In this document: positions 40,601 to 53,500 of the stretch, piece after piece
Layout of the letters: every line of letters starts with the position of its first letter
How positions within the stretch are numbered: position 1 is the stretch's first letter
Program-made: the position numbers and the translations under genes
Notes under the pieces: generated by a model
Databases searched by the model: none
What the model saw: only the letters and a program-made list of their open reading frames with translations
Told to the model about the DNA's origin: nothing
DNA from: Nemertoderma westbladi
Taxonomy: Eukaryota > Animalia > Xenacoelomorpha
Reading direction: 5' to 3'
Assembly (NCBI GenBank): GCA_032718475.1
Contig: JAUCBJ010009143.1
Coordinates: 124,001-188,000, forward strand
DNA: 64,000 bases

Positions 40601-43228
40601 TGGGCCAGCAGCTCTCCCGATTAATCCACCTTCTACTTCCGCACACTCGAAGCCTCAGCAACTGGGCCAGCAGCTCTCCCGATTAATTTACCTTCTACTT
40701 CCGCACACTCGAAGCCTCAGCAACTGGTCCAGCAGCTCTCCCGATTAATTTACCTTCTACTTCCGCACACTCGAAGCCTCATCAACTGGTCCAGCAGCTC
40801 TCCTGATTAATCCACCTTCTACTTCCGCACACTCGAAGCCTCAGCAACTGGGCCAGCAGCTCTCCAGATTAATCCACTTTCTACTTCCGCACACTCGAAG
40901 CCTCATCAACTGGTCCAGCAGCTCTCCTGATTAATCCACCTTCTACTTCCGCACACTCGAAGCCTCAGCAACTGGGCCAGCAGCTCTCCAGATTAATCCA
41001 CTTTCTACTTCCGCACACTCGAAGCCTCATCAACTGGGTCAGCAGCTCTCCAGATTAATCCACTTTCTACTTCCGCACACTCGAAGCCTCATCAACTGGG
41101 TCAGCAGCTCTCCAGATTAATCCACCTTCTACTTCCACTCACTCGAAGCCTCATCAACTGGTCCAGCAGCTCTCCCGATTAATCCACCTTCTACTTCCGC
41201 TCACTCGAAAGCCTCATCAACTGGGCCAGCAGCTCTCCAGATTAATTTACCTTCTACTTCAGCTCACTCGAAAGCCTCAGCAACTGGGCCAGCAGCTCTC
41301 CAGATTAATCCACCTTCTACTTCAGCTCACTCGAAAGCCTCAGCAACTGGGCCAGCAGCTCTCCAGATTAATTTACCTTCTACTTCCGCACACTCGAAAC
41401 CTCATCAACTGGTCCAGCAGCTCTCCCGATTAATCCACCTTCTACTTCAGCTCACTCGAAAGCCTCAGCAACTGGTCCAGCAGCTCTCCCGATTAATCCA
41501 CCTTCTACTTCAGCTCACTCGAAAGCCTCAGCAACTGGTCCAGCAGCTCTCCCGATTAATCCAGCTTCTACTTCCGCACACTCGAAGCCTCATCAACTGG
41601 TCCAGCAGCTCTCCCGATTAATCCAGCTTCTACTTCCGCACACTCGAAGCCTCATCAACTGGTCCAGCAGCTCTCCCGATTAATCCAGCTTCTACTTCCG
41701 CACACTCGAAGCCTCATCAACTGGTCCAGCAGCTCTCCCGATTAATCCACCTTCTACTTCAGCTCACTCGAAAGCCTCAGCAACTGGTCCAGCAGCTCTC
41801 CCGATTAATCCACCTTCTACTTCAGCTCACTCGAAAGCCTCAGCAACTGGTCCAGCAGCTCTCCCGATTAATCCACCTTCTACTTCAGCTCACTCGAAAG
41901 CCTCAGCAACTGGTCCAGCAGCTCTCCCGATTAATCCAGCTTCTACTTCCGCACACTCGAAGCCTCATCAACTTGTCCAGCAGCTCTCCCGATTAATCCA
42001 GCTTCTACTTCCGCACACTCGAAGCCTCATCAACTGGTCCAGCAGCTCTCCCGATTAATCCAGCTTCTACTTCCGCACACTCGAAGCCTCATCAACTGGT
42101 CCAGCAGCCCTCCCGATTAATCCACCTTCTACTTCAGCTCACTCGAAAGCCTCAGCAACTGGTCCAGCAGCTCTCCCTATTAATCCACCTTCTACTTCAG
42201 CTCACTCGAAAGCCTCAGCAACTGGTCCAGCAGCTCTCCCGATTAATCCAGCTTCTACTTCCGCACACTCGAAGCCTCATCAACTGGTCCAGCAGCTCTC
42301 CCGATTAATCCACCTTCTACTTCAGCTCACTCGAAAGCCTCAGCAACTGGTCCAGCAGCTCTCCCGATTAATCCACCTTCTTATTCCGCTCACTCGAAAG
42401 CCTCAGCAACTGGGCCAGCAGCTCTCCAGATTAATTTACCTTCTTCTTCCGCTCACTCGAAAGCCTCAGCAACTGGGCCAGCAGCTCTCCCGATTAATTT
42501 ACCTTCTACTTCCGCACACTCGAAGACTCATCAACTGGGCCAGCAGCTCTCCAGATTAATTTACCTTCTTCTTCCGCTCACTCGAAATCCTCAGCAACTG
42601 GGCCAGCAGCTCTCCCGATTAATTTACCTTCTACTTCCGCACACTCGAAGCCTCATCAACTGGTCCAGCAGCTCTCCTGATTAATCCACCTTCTACTTCC
42701 GCACACTCGAAGCCTCAGCAACTGGGCCAGCAGCTCTCCAGATTAATCCACTTTCTACTTCCGCACACTCGAAGCCTCATCAACTGGGTCAGCAGCTCTC
42801 CAGATTAATCCACCTTCTACTTCCACTCACTCGAAGCCTCATCAACTGGTCCAGCAGCTCTCCCGATTAATCCACCTTCTACTTCCGCTCACTCGAAAGC
42901 CTCATCAACTGGGCCAGCAGCTCTCCAGATTAATTTACCTTCTACTTCAGCTCACTCGAAAGCCTCATTAACTGGGCCAGCAGCTCTAACGATTAATCCA
43001 CCTTCTACTTCCGCACACTCGAAGCCTCATCAACTGGGTCAGCAGCTCTCCAGATTAATCCACCTTCTACTTCCGCTCACTCGAAGCCTCATCAACTGGT
43101 CCAGCAGCTCTCCCGATTAATCCACCTTCTACTTCAGCTCACTCGAAAGCCTCAGCAACTGGGCCAGCAGCTCTCCAGATTAATTTACCTTCTACTTCCG
43201 CTCACTCGAAGCCTCAGCAACTGGGCCA

Positions 43229-43744
43229 CCAGATCTCCCTATTAATCCACCTTCTACTTCCGCACACTCGAAGCCTCACCACCTGGCCAGCAGCACTCCA
43301 GATTAATTTATCTTCTACTTCAACCGGGCCACCAGATCTCCCGATTAATCCAACTTCTACTTCCGCACACTCGAAGCCTCACCACCTAGCCAGCAGCACT
43401 CCAGATTAATTTATCTTCTACTTCAACCGGGCCACCAGATCTCCCGATTAATCCAACTTCTACTTCCGCACACTCGAAGCCTCATCAACTGGGCCAGCAG
43501 CACTCCAGATTAATTTATCTTCTACTTCAACTGGGCCACCAGATCTCCCGATTAATCCAACTTCTACTTCCGCACACTCGAAGCCTCACCACCTGGCCAG
43601 CAGCACTCCAGATTAATTTATCTTCTACTTCAACTGGGCCACCAGATCTCCCGATTAATCCAACTTCTACTTCCGCACACTCGAAGCCTCACCACCTGGC
43701 CAGCAGCACTCCAGATTAATTTATCTTCTACTTCAACTGGGCCA
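43229..43744. repeat. Island of five 103/104-bp units inside domain A (copy 2)
   Basis: Same five junctions and private SNPs (CAACCGGG twice, CCTAGCC) as copy 1, offset 6124 bp. Confidence 0.93.
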
Positions 43745-46700
43745 GCAGCTCTCCCGATTAATCCACCTTCTACTTCCGCACGCTCGAAGCCTCATCAACT
43801 GGGCCATCAGCTCTCCCGATTATTCAACCTTCTACTTCCGCACACTCGAAGCCTCATCAACTGGGCCAGCAGCTCTCCAAATTAATTTACCTTCTACTTC
43901 CGCACACTCGAAGCCTCTGCAACTGGGCCAGCAGCTCTCCCAATTATTCAACCTTCTACTTCCGCACACTCGAAGCCTCATCAACTGGGCCAGCAGCTCT
44001 CCAAGTTAATTTACCTTCTACTTCCACACACTCGATGCCTCATCAACTGGGCCAGCAGCTCTCCAAATTAATTTACCTTCTACTTCCGCACTCTCGATGC
44101 CTCATCAACTGGGCCAGCAGCTCTCCCGATTAATTCACCTTCTACTTCCGAGCACTCGAAGCCTCAGCATCTGGGCCAGCAGCTCTCCAGATTAATGTAC
44201 CTTCTACTTCCGCACACTCGAAGCCTCAGCAACTGGGCGACCAGCTCTCACGATTAATCCACCTTCTACTTCCGCACACTCGAAGCCTCAGCAACTGGGC
44301 CAGCAGCTCTCCCGATTAATCCACCTTCTACTTCCGCACACTCGAAGCCTCAGCAACTGGTCCAGCAGCTCTCCAGATTAATTTACCTTCTTCTTCCACT
44401 CACTCGAAAGCCTCAGCAACTGGGCCAGCAGCTCTCCCGATTAATCCACCTTCTACTTCCGCACACTCGAAAGCCTCAGCAACTGGGCCAGCAGCTCTCC
44501 CAATTAATCCACCTTCTACTTACGCACACTCGAAGCCTCAGCAACTGGGCCAGCAGTTCTCCCGATTATTCCACCTTCTACTTCCGCACACTCGAAGCCT
44601 CATCAACTGGGCCAGCAGCTCTCCAGATTAGTTTACCTTCTTCTTCCGCTCACTCGAAAGCCTCAGCAACTGGGCCAGCAGCTCTCCCGATTAATTTACC
44701 TTCTACTTCCGCACACTCGAAAGCCTCAGCAACTGGGCCAGCAGCTCTCCCGATTAATCCACCTTCTACTTCCGCACACTCGAAGCCTCAGCAACTGGGC
44801 CAGCAGCTCTCCCGATTAATCCACCTTCTACTTCCGCACACTCGAAGCCTCAGCAACTGGGCCAGCAGCTCTCCAGATTAATTTACCTTCTTCTTCCGCT
44901 CACTCGAAAGCCTCAGCAACTGGGCCAGCAGCTCTCCCGATTAATTTGCCTTCTACTTCCGCACACTCAAAAGCCTCAGCAACTGGGCCAGCAGCTCTCC
45001 CGATTAATCCACCTTCTACTTCCGCACAATCGAAGCCTCAGCAACTGGGCCAGCAGCTCTCCCGATTAATCCACCTTCTACTTCCGCACACTCGAAGCCT
45101 CATCAACTGGGCCAGCAGCTCTCCAGATTAATTTACCTTCTACTTCCGCACACTCGAAGCCTCAGCAACTGGGCCAGCAGCTCTCCCGATTAATCCACCT
45201 TCTACTTCCGCACACTCGAAGCCTCAGCAACTGGGCCAGCTGCTCTCCCGATTAATCCACCTTCTACTTCCGCACACTCGAAGCCTCAGCAACTGGGCCA
45301 GCAGCTCTCCCGATTAATTTACCTTCTACTTCCGCACACTCGAAGCCTCAGCAACTGGGCCAGCAGCTCTCCCGATTAATCCACCTTCTACTTCCGCACA
45401 CTCGAAGCCTCAGCAACTGGGCCAGCAGCTCTCCCGATTAATCCACCTTCTACTTCCGCACACTCGAAGCCTCAGCAACTGGGCCAGCAGCTCTCCAGAT
45501 TAATTTACCTTCTACTTCCGCACACTCGAAGCCTCAGCAACTGGGTCATCAGCTCTCCAGATTAATTTACCTTCTACTTCTGCTCACTCGAAAGCCTCAG
45601 CAACTGGGCCAGCAGCTCTCCCGATTAATCCACCTTCTACTTCCGCACACTCGAAGCTTCAGCAACTGGGCCAGCAGCTCTCCCGATTAATCCACCTTCT
45701 ACTTCCGCACACTCGAAGCCTCAGCAACTGGGTCAGCAGCTCTCCAGATTAATTTACCTTCTACTTCTGCTCACTCGAAAGCCTCAGCAACTGGGCCAGC
45801 AGCTCTCCCGATTAATCCACCTTCTACTTCCGCACACTCGAAGCCTCAGCAACTGGGCCAGCAGCTCTCCCGATTAATCCACCTTCTACTTCCGCACACT
45901 CGAAGCCTCAGCAACTGGGCCAGCAGCTCTCCCGATTAATTTACCTTCTACTTCCGCACACTCGAAGCCTCAGCAACTGGTCCAGCAGCTCTCCCGATTA
46001 ATCCACCTTCTACTTCCGCTCACTCGAAAGCCTCAGCAACTAGGCCAGCAGTTCTCCCGATTATTCCACCTTCTACTTCCGCACACTCGAAGCCTCAGCA
46101 ACTGGGCCAGCTGCTCTCCCGATTAATCCACCTTCTACTTCCGCACACTCGAAGCCTCAGCAACTGGGCCAGCAGCTCTCCCGATTAATTTACCTTCTAC
46201 TTCCGCACACTCGAAGCCTCAGCAACTGGGCCAGCAGCTCTCCCGATTAATCCACCTTCTACTTCCGCACACTCGAAGCCTCAGCAACTGGGCCAGCAGC
46301 TCTCCCGATTAATCCACCTTCTACTTCCGCACACTCGAAGCCTCAGCAACTGGGCCAGCAGCTCTCCAGATTAATTTACCTTCTACTTCCGCACACTCGA
46401 AGCCTCAGCAACTGGGTCATCAGCTCTCCAGATTAATTTACCTTCTACTTCTGCTCACTCGAAAGCCTCAGCAACTGGGCCAGCAGCTCTCCCGATTAAT
46501 CCACCTTCTACTTCCGCACACTCGAAGCTTCAGCAACTGGGCCAGCAGCTCTCCCGATTAATCCACCTTCTACTTCCGCACACTCGAAGCCTCAGCAACT
46601 GGGTCAGCAGCTCTCCAGATTAATTTACCTTCTACTTCTGCTCACTCGAAAGCCTCAGCAACTGGGCCAGCAGCTCTCCCGATTAATCCACCTTCTACTT

Positions 46701-47889
46701 CCGCACACTCGAAGCCTCAGCAACTGGGCCAGCAGCTCTCCCGATTAATCCACCTTCTACTTCCGCACACTCGAAGCCTCAGCAACTGGGCCAGCAGCTC
46801 TCCCGATTAATTTACCTTCTACTTCCGCACACTCGAAGCCTCAGCAACTGGTCCAGCAGCTCTCCCGATTAATTTACCTTCTACTTCCGCACACTCGAAG
46901 CCTCATCAACTGGTCCAGCAGCTCTCCTGATTAATCCACCTTCTACTTCCGCACACTCGAAGCCTCAGCAACTGGGCCAGCAGCTCTCCAGATTAATCCA
47001 CTTTCTACTTCCGCACACTCGAAGCCTCATCAACTGGTCCAGCAGCTCTCCTGATTAATCCACCTTCTACTTCCGCACACTCGAAGCCTCAGCAACTGGG
47101 CCAGCAGCTCTCCAGATTAATCCACTTTCTACTTCCGCACACTCGAAGCCTCATCAACTGGGTCAGCAGCTCTCCAGATTAATCCACTTTCTACTTCCGC
47201 ACACTCGAAGCCTCATCAACTGGGTCAGCAGCTCTCCAGATTAATCCACCTTCTACTTCCACTCACTCGAAGCCTCATCAACTGGTCCAGCAGCTCTCCC
47301 GATTAATCCACCTTCTACTTCCGCTCACTCGAAAGCCTCATCAACTGGGCCAGCAGCTCTCCAGATTAATTTACCTTCTACTTCAGCTCACTCGAAAGCC
47401 TCAGCAACTGGGCCAGCAGCTCTCCAGATTAATCCACCTTCTACTTCAGCTCACTCGAAAGCCTCAGCAACTGGGCCAGCAGCTCTCCAGATTAATTTAC
47501 CTTCTACTTCCGCACACTCGAAACCTCATCAACTGGTCCAGCAGCTCTCCCGATTAATCCACCTTCTACTTCAGCTCACTCGAAAGCCTCAGCAACTGGT
47601 CCAGCAGCTCTCCCGATTAATCCACCTTCTACTTCAGCTCACTCGAAAGCCTCAGCAACTGGTCCAGCAGCTCTCCCGATTAATCCAGCTTCTACTTCCG
47701 CACACTCGAAGCCTCATCAACTGGTCCAGCAGCTCTCCCGATTAATCCAGCTTCTACTTCCGCACACTCGAAGCCTCATCAACTGGTCCAGCAGCTCTCC
47801 CGATTAATCCAGCTTCTACTTCCGCACACTCGAAGCCTCATCAACTGGTCCAGCAGCTCTCCCGATTAATCCACCTTCTACTTCAGCTC

Positions 47890-47989
47890 NNNNNNNNNNN
47901 NNNNNNNNNNNNNNNNNNNNNNNNNNNNNNNNNNNNNNNNNNNNNNNNNNNNNNNNNNNNNNNNNNNNNNNNNNNNNNNNNNNNNNNNN
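47890..47989. other. Assembly gap (100 N)
   Basis: Run of exactly 100 N, the usual placeholder for a gap of unknown size. Confidence 0.98.
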
Positions 47990-50545
47990 ATTTATCTTCT
48001 ACTTCAACCGGGCCACCAGATCTCCCTATTAATCTACCTTCTACTTCCGCACACTCGAAGCCTCACCACCTGGCCAGCAGCACTCCAAATTAATTTACCT
48101 TCTACTTCCGCTCACTCGAAGCCTCAGCAACTGGGCCACCAGATCTCCCTATTAATCCACCTTCTACTTCCGCACACTCGAAGCCTCACCATCTGGCCAG
48201 CAGCACTCCAGATTAATTTATCTTCTACTTCAACCGGGCCACCAGATCTCCCTATTAATCTACCTTCTACTTCCGCACACTCGAAGCCTCACCACCTGGC
48301 CAGCAGCACTCCAGATTAATTTACCTTCTACTTCCGCTCACTCGAAGCCTCAGCAACTGGTCCAGCAGCTCTCCCGATTAATCCACCTTCTACTTCAGCT
48401 CACTCGAAAGCCTCAGCAACTGGGCCAGCAGCTCTCCAGATTAATTTAACTTCTACTTCCGCACACTCGAAGCCTCACCATCTGGCCAGCAGCACTCCAG
48501 ATTAATTTATCTTCTACTTCAACTGGACCACCAGATCTCCCTATTAATCCACCTTCTACTTCCGCACACTCGAAGCCTCACCACCTGGCCAGCAGCACTC
48601 CAGATTAATTTATCTTCTACTTCAACTGGACCACCAGATCTCCCTATTAATCCACCTTCTACTTCCGCACACTCGAAGCCTCACCACCTGGCCAGCAGCA
48701 CTCCAGATTAATTTATCTTCTACTTCAACTGGGTCAGCAGCTCTCCAGATTAATTTATCTTCTACTGCAACTGGGCCACCAGATCTCCCGATTAATCCAA
48801 CTTCTACTTCCGCACACTCGAAGCCTCACCACCTGGCCAGCAGCTCTCCAGATTAATTTATCTTCTACTTCAACTGGGCCACCAGATCTCCCGATTAATC
48901 CAACTTCTACTTCCGCACACTCGAAGCCTCACCACCTGGCCAGCAGCACTCCGGATTAATTTATCTTCTACTGCAACTGGGCCACCAGATCTCCCGATTA
49001 ATCCAACTTCTACTTCCGCACACTCGAAGCCTCATCAACTGGGCCAGCAGCACTCCAGATTAATTTATCTTCTACATCATCTGGGCCACCAGATCTCCCG
49101 ATTAATCCAACTTCTACTTCCGCTCACTCGAAGCCTCAGCAACTGGGCCTCCAGATCTCCCTATTAATCTACCTTCTACTTCCGCACACTCGAAGCCTCA
49201 CCACCTGGCCAGCAGCACTCCGGATTAATTTATCTTCTACTGCAACTGGGCCACCAGATCTCCCGATTAATCCAACTTCTACTTCCGCACACTCGAAGCC
49301 TCATCAACTGGGCCAGCAGCACTCCAGATTAATTTATCTTCTACTTCAACTGGGCCACCAGATCTCCCGATTAATCCAACTTCTACTTCCTCACACTCGA
49401 AGCCTCACCACCTGGCCAGCAGCACTCCAGATTAATTTATCTTCTACTTCAACTGGGCCACCAGATCTCCCGATTAATCCAACTTCTACTTCCGCACACT
49501 CGAAGCCTCATCAACTGGGCCAGCAGCACTCCAGATTAATTTATCTTCTACATCATCTGGGCCACCAGATCTCCCGATTAATCCAACTTCTACTTCCGCA
49601 CACTCGAAGCCTCATCAACTGGGCCAGCAGCTCTCCAGATTAATTTACCTTCTACTTCAGCTCACTCGAAAGCCTCAGCAACTGGGCCAGCAGCTCTCCA
49701 GATTAATCCACCTTCTACTTCAGCTCACTCGAAAGCCTCAGCAACTGGGCCAGCAGCTCTCCAGATTAATTTACCTTCTACTTCCGCACACTCGAAACCT
49801 CATCAACTGGTCCAGCAGCTCTCCCGATTAATCCACCTTCTACTTCAGCTCACTCGAAAGCCTCAGCAACTGGTCCAGCAGCTCTCCCGATTAATCCACC
49901 TTCTACTTCAGCTCACTCGAAAGCCTCAGCAACTGGTCCAGCAGCTCTCCCGATTAATCCAGCTTCTACTTCCGCACACTCGAAGCCTCATCAACTGGTC
50001 CAGCAGCTCTCCCGATTAATCCAGCTTCTACTTCCGCACACTCGAAGCCTCATCAACTGGTCCAGCAGCTCTCCCGATTAATCCAGCTTCTACTTCCGCA
50101 CACTCGAAGCCTCATCAACTGGTCCAGCAGCTCTCCCGATTAATCCACCTTCTACTTCAGCTCACTCGAAAGCCTCAGCAACTGGTCCAGCAGCTCTCCC
50201 GATTAATCCACCTTCTACTTCAGCTCACTCGAAAGCCTCAGCAACTGGTCCAGCAGCTCTCCCGATTAATCCACCTTCTACTTCAGCTCACTCGAAAGCC
50301 TCAGCAACTGGTCCAGCAGCTCTCCCGATTAATCCAGCTTCTACTTCCGCACACTCGAAGCCTCATCAACTTGTCCAGCAGCTCTCCCGATTAATCCAGC
50401 TTCTACTTCCGCACACTCGAAGCCTCATCAACTGGTCCAGCAGCTCTCCCGATTAATCCAGCTTCTACTTCCGCACACTCGAAAGCCTCAGCAACTGGGC
50501 CAGCAGCTCTCCAGATTAATTTAACTTCTACTTCCGCACACTCGA
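47990..50545. repeat. Transition zone: 103/104-bp units (47990-~49620) followed by a block of 62/63-bp units (~49620-50545)
   Basis: CTACTTCAACTGG deletion junctions and AGATCT run to about 49570. Full-length monomers carrying GGTCC, TTCAGCTC and ATCCAGC variants follow. Confidence 0.9.
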
Positions 50546-53500
50546 AGCCTCACCATCTGGCCAGCAGCACTCCAGATTAATTTATCTTCTACTTCAACTG
50601 GACCACCAGATCTCCCTATTAATCCACCTTCTACTTCCGCACACTCGAAGCCTCACCACCTGGCCAGCAGCACTCCAGATTAATTTATCTTCTACTTCAA
50701 CTGGACCACCAGATCTCCCTATTAATCCACCTTCTACTTCCGCACACTCGAAGCCTCACCACCTGGCCAGCAGCACTCCAGATTAATTTATCTTCTACTT
50801 CAACTGGGTCAGCAGCTCTCCAGATTAATTTATCTTCTACTTCAACTGGGCCACCAGATCTCCCGATTAATCCAACTTCTACTTCCGCACACTCGAAGCC
50901 TCACCACCTGGCCAGCAGCTCTCCAGATTAATTTATCTTCTACTTCAACTGGGCCACCAGATCTCCCGATTAATCCAACTTCTACTTCCGCACACTCGAA
51001 GCCTCACCACCTGGCCAGCAGCACTCCGGATTAATTTATCTTCTACTGCAACTGGGCCACCAGATCTCCCGATTAATCCAACTTCTACTTCCGCACACTC
51101 GAAGCCTCATCAACTGGGCCAGCAGCACTCCAGATTAATTTATCTTCTACATCATCTGGGCCACCAGATCTCCCGATTAATCCAACTTCTACTTCCGCTC
51201 ACTCGAAGCCTCAGCAACTGGGCCTCCAGATCTCCCTATTAATCTACCTTCTACTTCCGCACACTCGAAGCCTCACCACCTGGCCAGCAGCACTCCGGAT
51301 TAATTTATCTTCTACTGCAACTGGGCCACCAGATCTCCCGATTAATCCAACTTCTACTTCCGCACACTCGAAGCCTCATCAACTGGGCCAGCAGCACTCC
51401 AGATTAATTTATCTTCTACTTCAACTGGGCCACCAGATCTCCCGATTAATCCAACTTCTACTTCCGCACACTCGAAGCCTCACCACCTGGCCAGCAGCAC
51501 TCCAGATTAATTTATCTTCTACTTCAACTGGGCCACCAGATCTCCCGATTAATCCAACTTCTACTTCCGCACACTCGAAGCCTCATCAACTGGGCCAGCA
51601 GCACTCCAGATTAATTTATCTTCTACATCATCTGGGCCACCAGATCTCCCGATTAATCCAACTTCTACTTCCGCACACTCGAAGCCTCATCAACTGGGCC
51701 AGCAGCACTCCAGATTAATTTATCTTCTACTTCAACTGGGCCACCAGATCTCCCGATTAATCCAACTTCTACTTCCGCACACTCGAAGCCTCACCACCTG
51801 GCCAGCAGCACTCCGGATTAATTTATCTTCTACTGCAACTGGGCCACCAGATCTCCCGATTAATCCAACTTCTACTTCCGCACACTCGAAGCCTCATCAA
51901 CTGGGCCAGCAGCACTCCAGATTAATTTATCTTCTACTTCAACTGGGCCACCAGATCTCCCTATTAATCTACCTTCTACTTCCGCACACTCGAAGCCTCA
52001 TCAACTAGGCCAGCAGCACTCCAGATTAATTTATCTTCTACTCCAACTGGGCCACCAGATCTCCCTATTAATCCAACTTCTACTTCCGCACACTCGAAGC
52101 CTCATCAACTGGGCCAGCAGCACTCCAGATTAATTTATCTTCTACTTCAACTGGGCCACCAGATCTCCCTATTAATCTACCTTCTACTTCCGCACACTCG
52201 AAGCCTCACCACCTGGCCAGCAGCACTCCAGATTAATTTATCTTCTACTTCAACTGGGCCACCAGATCTCCCGATTAATCCAACTTCTACTTCCGCACAC
52301 TCGAACCCTCACCACCTGGCCAGCAGCACTCCAGATTAATTTATCTTCTACTTCAACTGGGCCACCAGATCTCCTTATTAATCTATCTTCTACTTCGGCA
52401 CACTCGAAGCCTCACCACCTGGCCAGCAGCACTCCAGATTAATTTATCTTCTACTTCAACTGGGCCTCCAGATCTCCCGATTAATCCAACTTCTACTTCC
52501 GCACACTCGAAGCCTCATCAACTGGGCCAGCAGCACTCCAGATTAATTTATCTTCTACTTCAACTGGGCCACCAGATCTCCCTATTAATCTACCTTCTAC
52601 TTCCGTACACTCGAAGCCTCACCACCTGGCCAGCAGCACTCCAGATTAATTTATCTTCTACTTCAACTGGGCCACCAGATCTCCCTATTAATCTACCTTC
52701 TACTTCCGCACACTCGAAGCCTTACCACCTGGCAAGCAGCACTCCAAATTAATTTATCTTCTACTTCAACTGGGCCACCAGATCTCCCTATTAATCTACC
52801 TTCTACTTCCGCACACTCGAAGCCTCATCAACTGGGCCAGCAGCACTCCAGATTAATTTATCTTCTACTTCAACTGGGCCACCAGATCTCCCTATTAATC
52901 TACCTTCTACTTCCACACACTCGAAGCCTCACCACCTGGCCAGCAGCACTCCAGATTAATTTATCTTCTACTTCAACTGGGCCACCAGATCTCCCTATTA
53001 ATCTACCTTCTACTTCCGCACATTCGAAGCCTCACCACCTGGCCAGCAGCACTCCAGATTAATTTATCTTCTACTTCAACTGGGCCACCAGATCTCCCTA
53101 TTAATCTACCTTCTACTTCCGCACACTCGAAGCCTCATCAACTGGGCCAGCAGCACTCCAGATTAATTTATCTTCTACTTCAACTGGGCCACCAGATCTC
53201 CCTATTAATCTACCTTCTACTTCCGCACACTCGAAGCCTCATCAACTGGGCCAGCAGCACTCCAGATTAATTTATCTTCTACTTCAACTGGGCCACCAGA
53301 TCTCCCTATTAATCTACCTTCTACTTCCGCACATTCGAAGCCTCACCACCTGTCCAGCAGCACTCCAGATTAATTTATCTTCTACTTCAACTGGGCCACC
53401 AGATCTCCCTATTAATCTACCTTCTACTTCCACACACTCGAAGCCTCACCACCTGGCCAGCAGCACTCTAGATTAATTTATCTTCTACTTCAACTGGGCC

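Larger units (their letters stand above)
1..47889. repeat. Domain A: 62/63-bp monomer array
   Basis: ACTCGAA recurs every 62 bp (GAAGCC) or 63 bp (GAAAGCC, often preceded by GCTCAC). Recurrent variants include TCATC/TCAGC, CCAGC/CCACC, CCCGATT/CCAGATT/CCAAATT/CCAAGTT and AATCC/AATTT. Confidence 0.98.
36230..47889. repeat. 6124-bp near-identical tandem duplication (second copy cut by the gap)
   Basis: Identical ORFs at 38822/44946. Shared private SNPs CCGAGCAC, AATGTACC, GGCGACC, ATTAGTT and TTTGCC at about 6124-bp offset. Confidence 0.92.

Noticed and set aside
202-45131. All ORFs in the supplied track as protein-coding genes
   Set aside because: They cycle through the three frames of the 62-mer (ASATGP.../PQQLGQQ.../LSNWASS...). 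They start at SNP-created ATG/TTG codons, end at the GATTAA stop, and recur at HOR periods. No domain or gene context is present.
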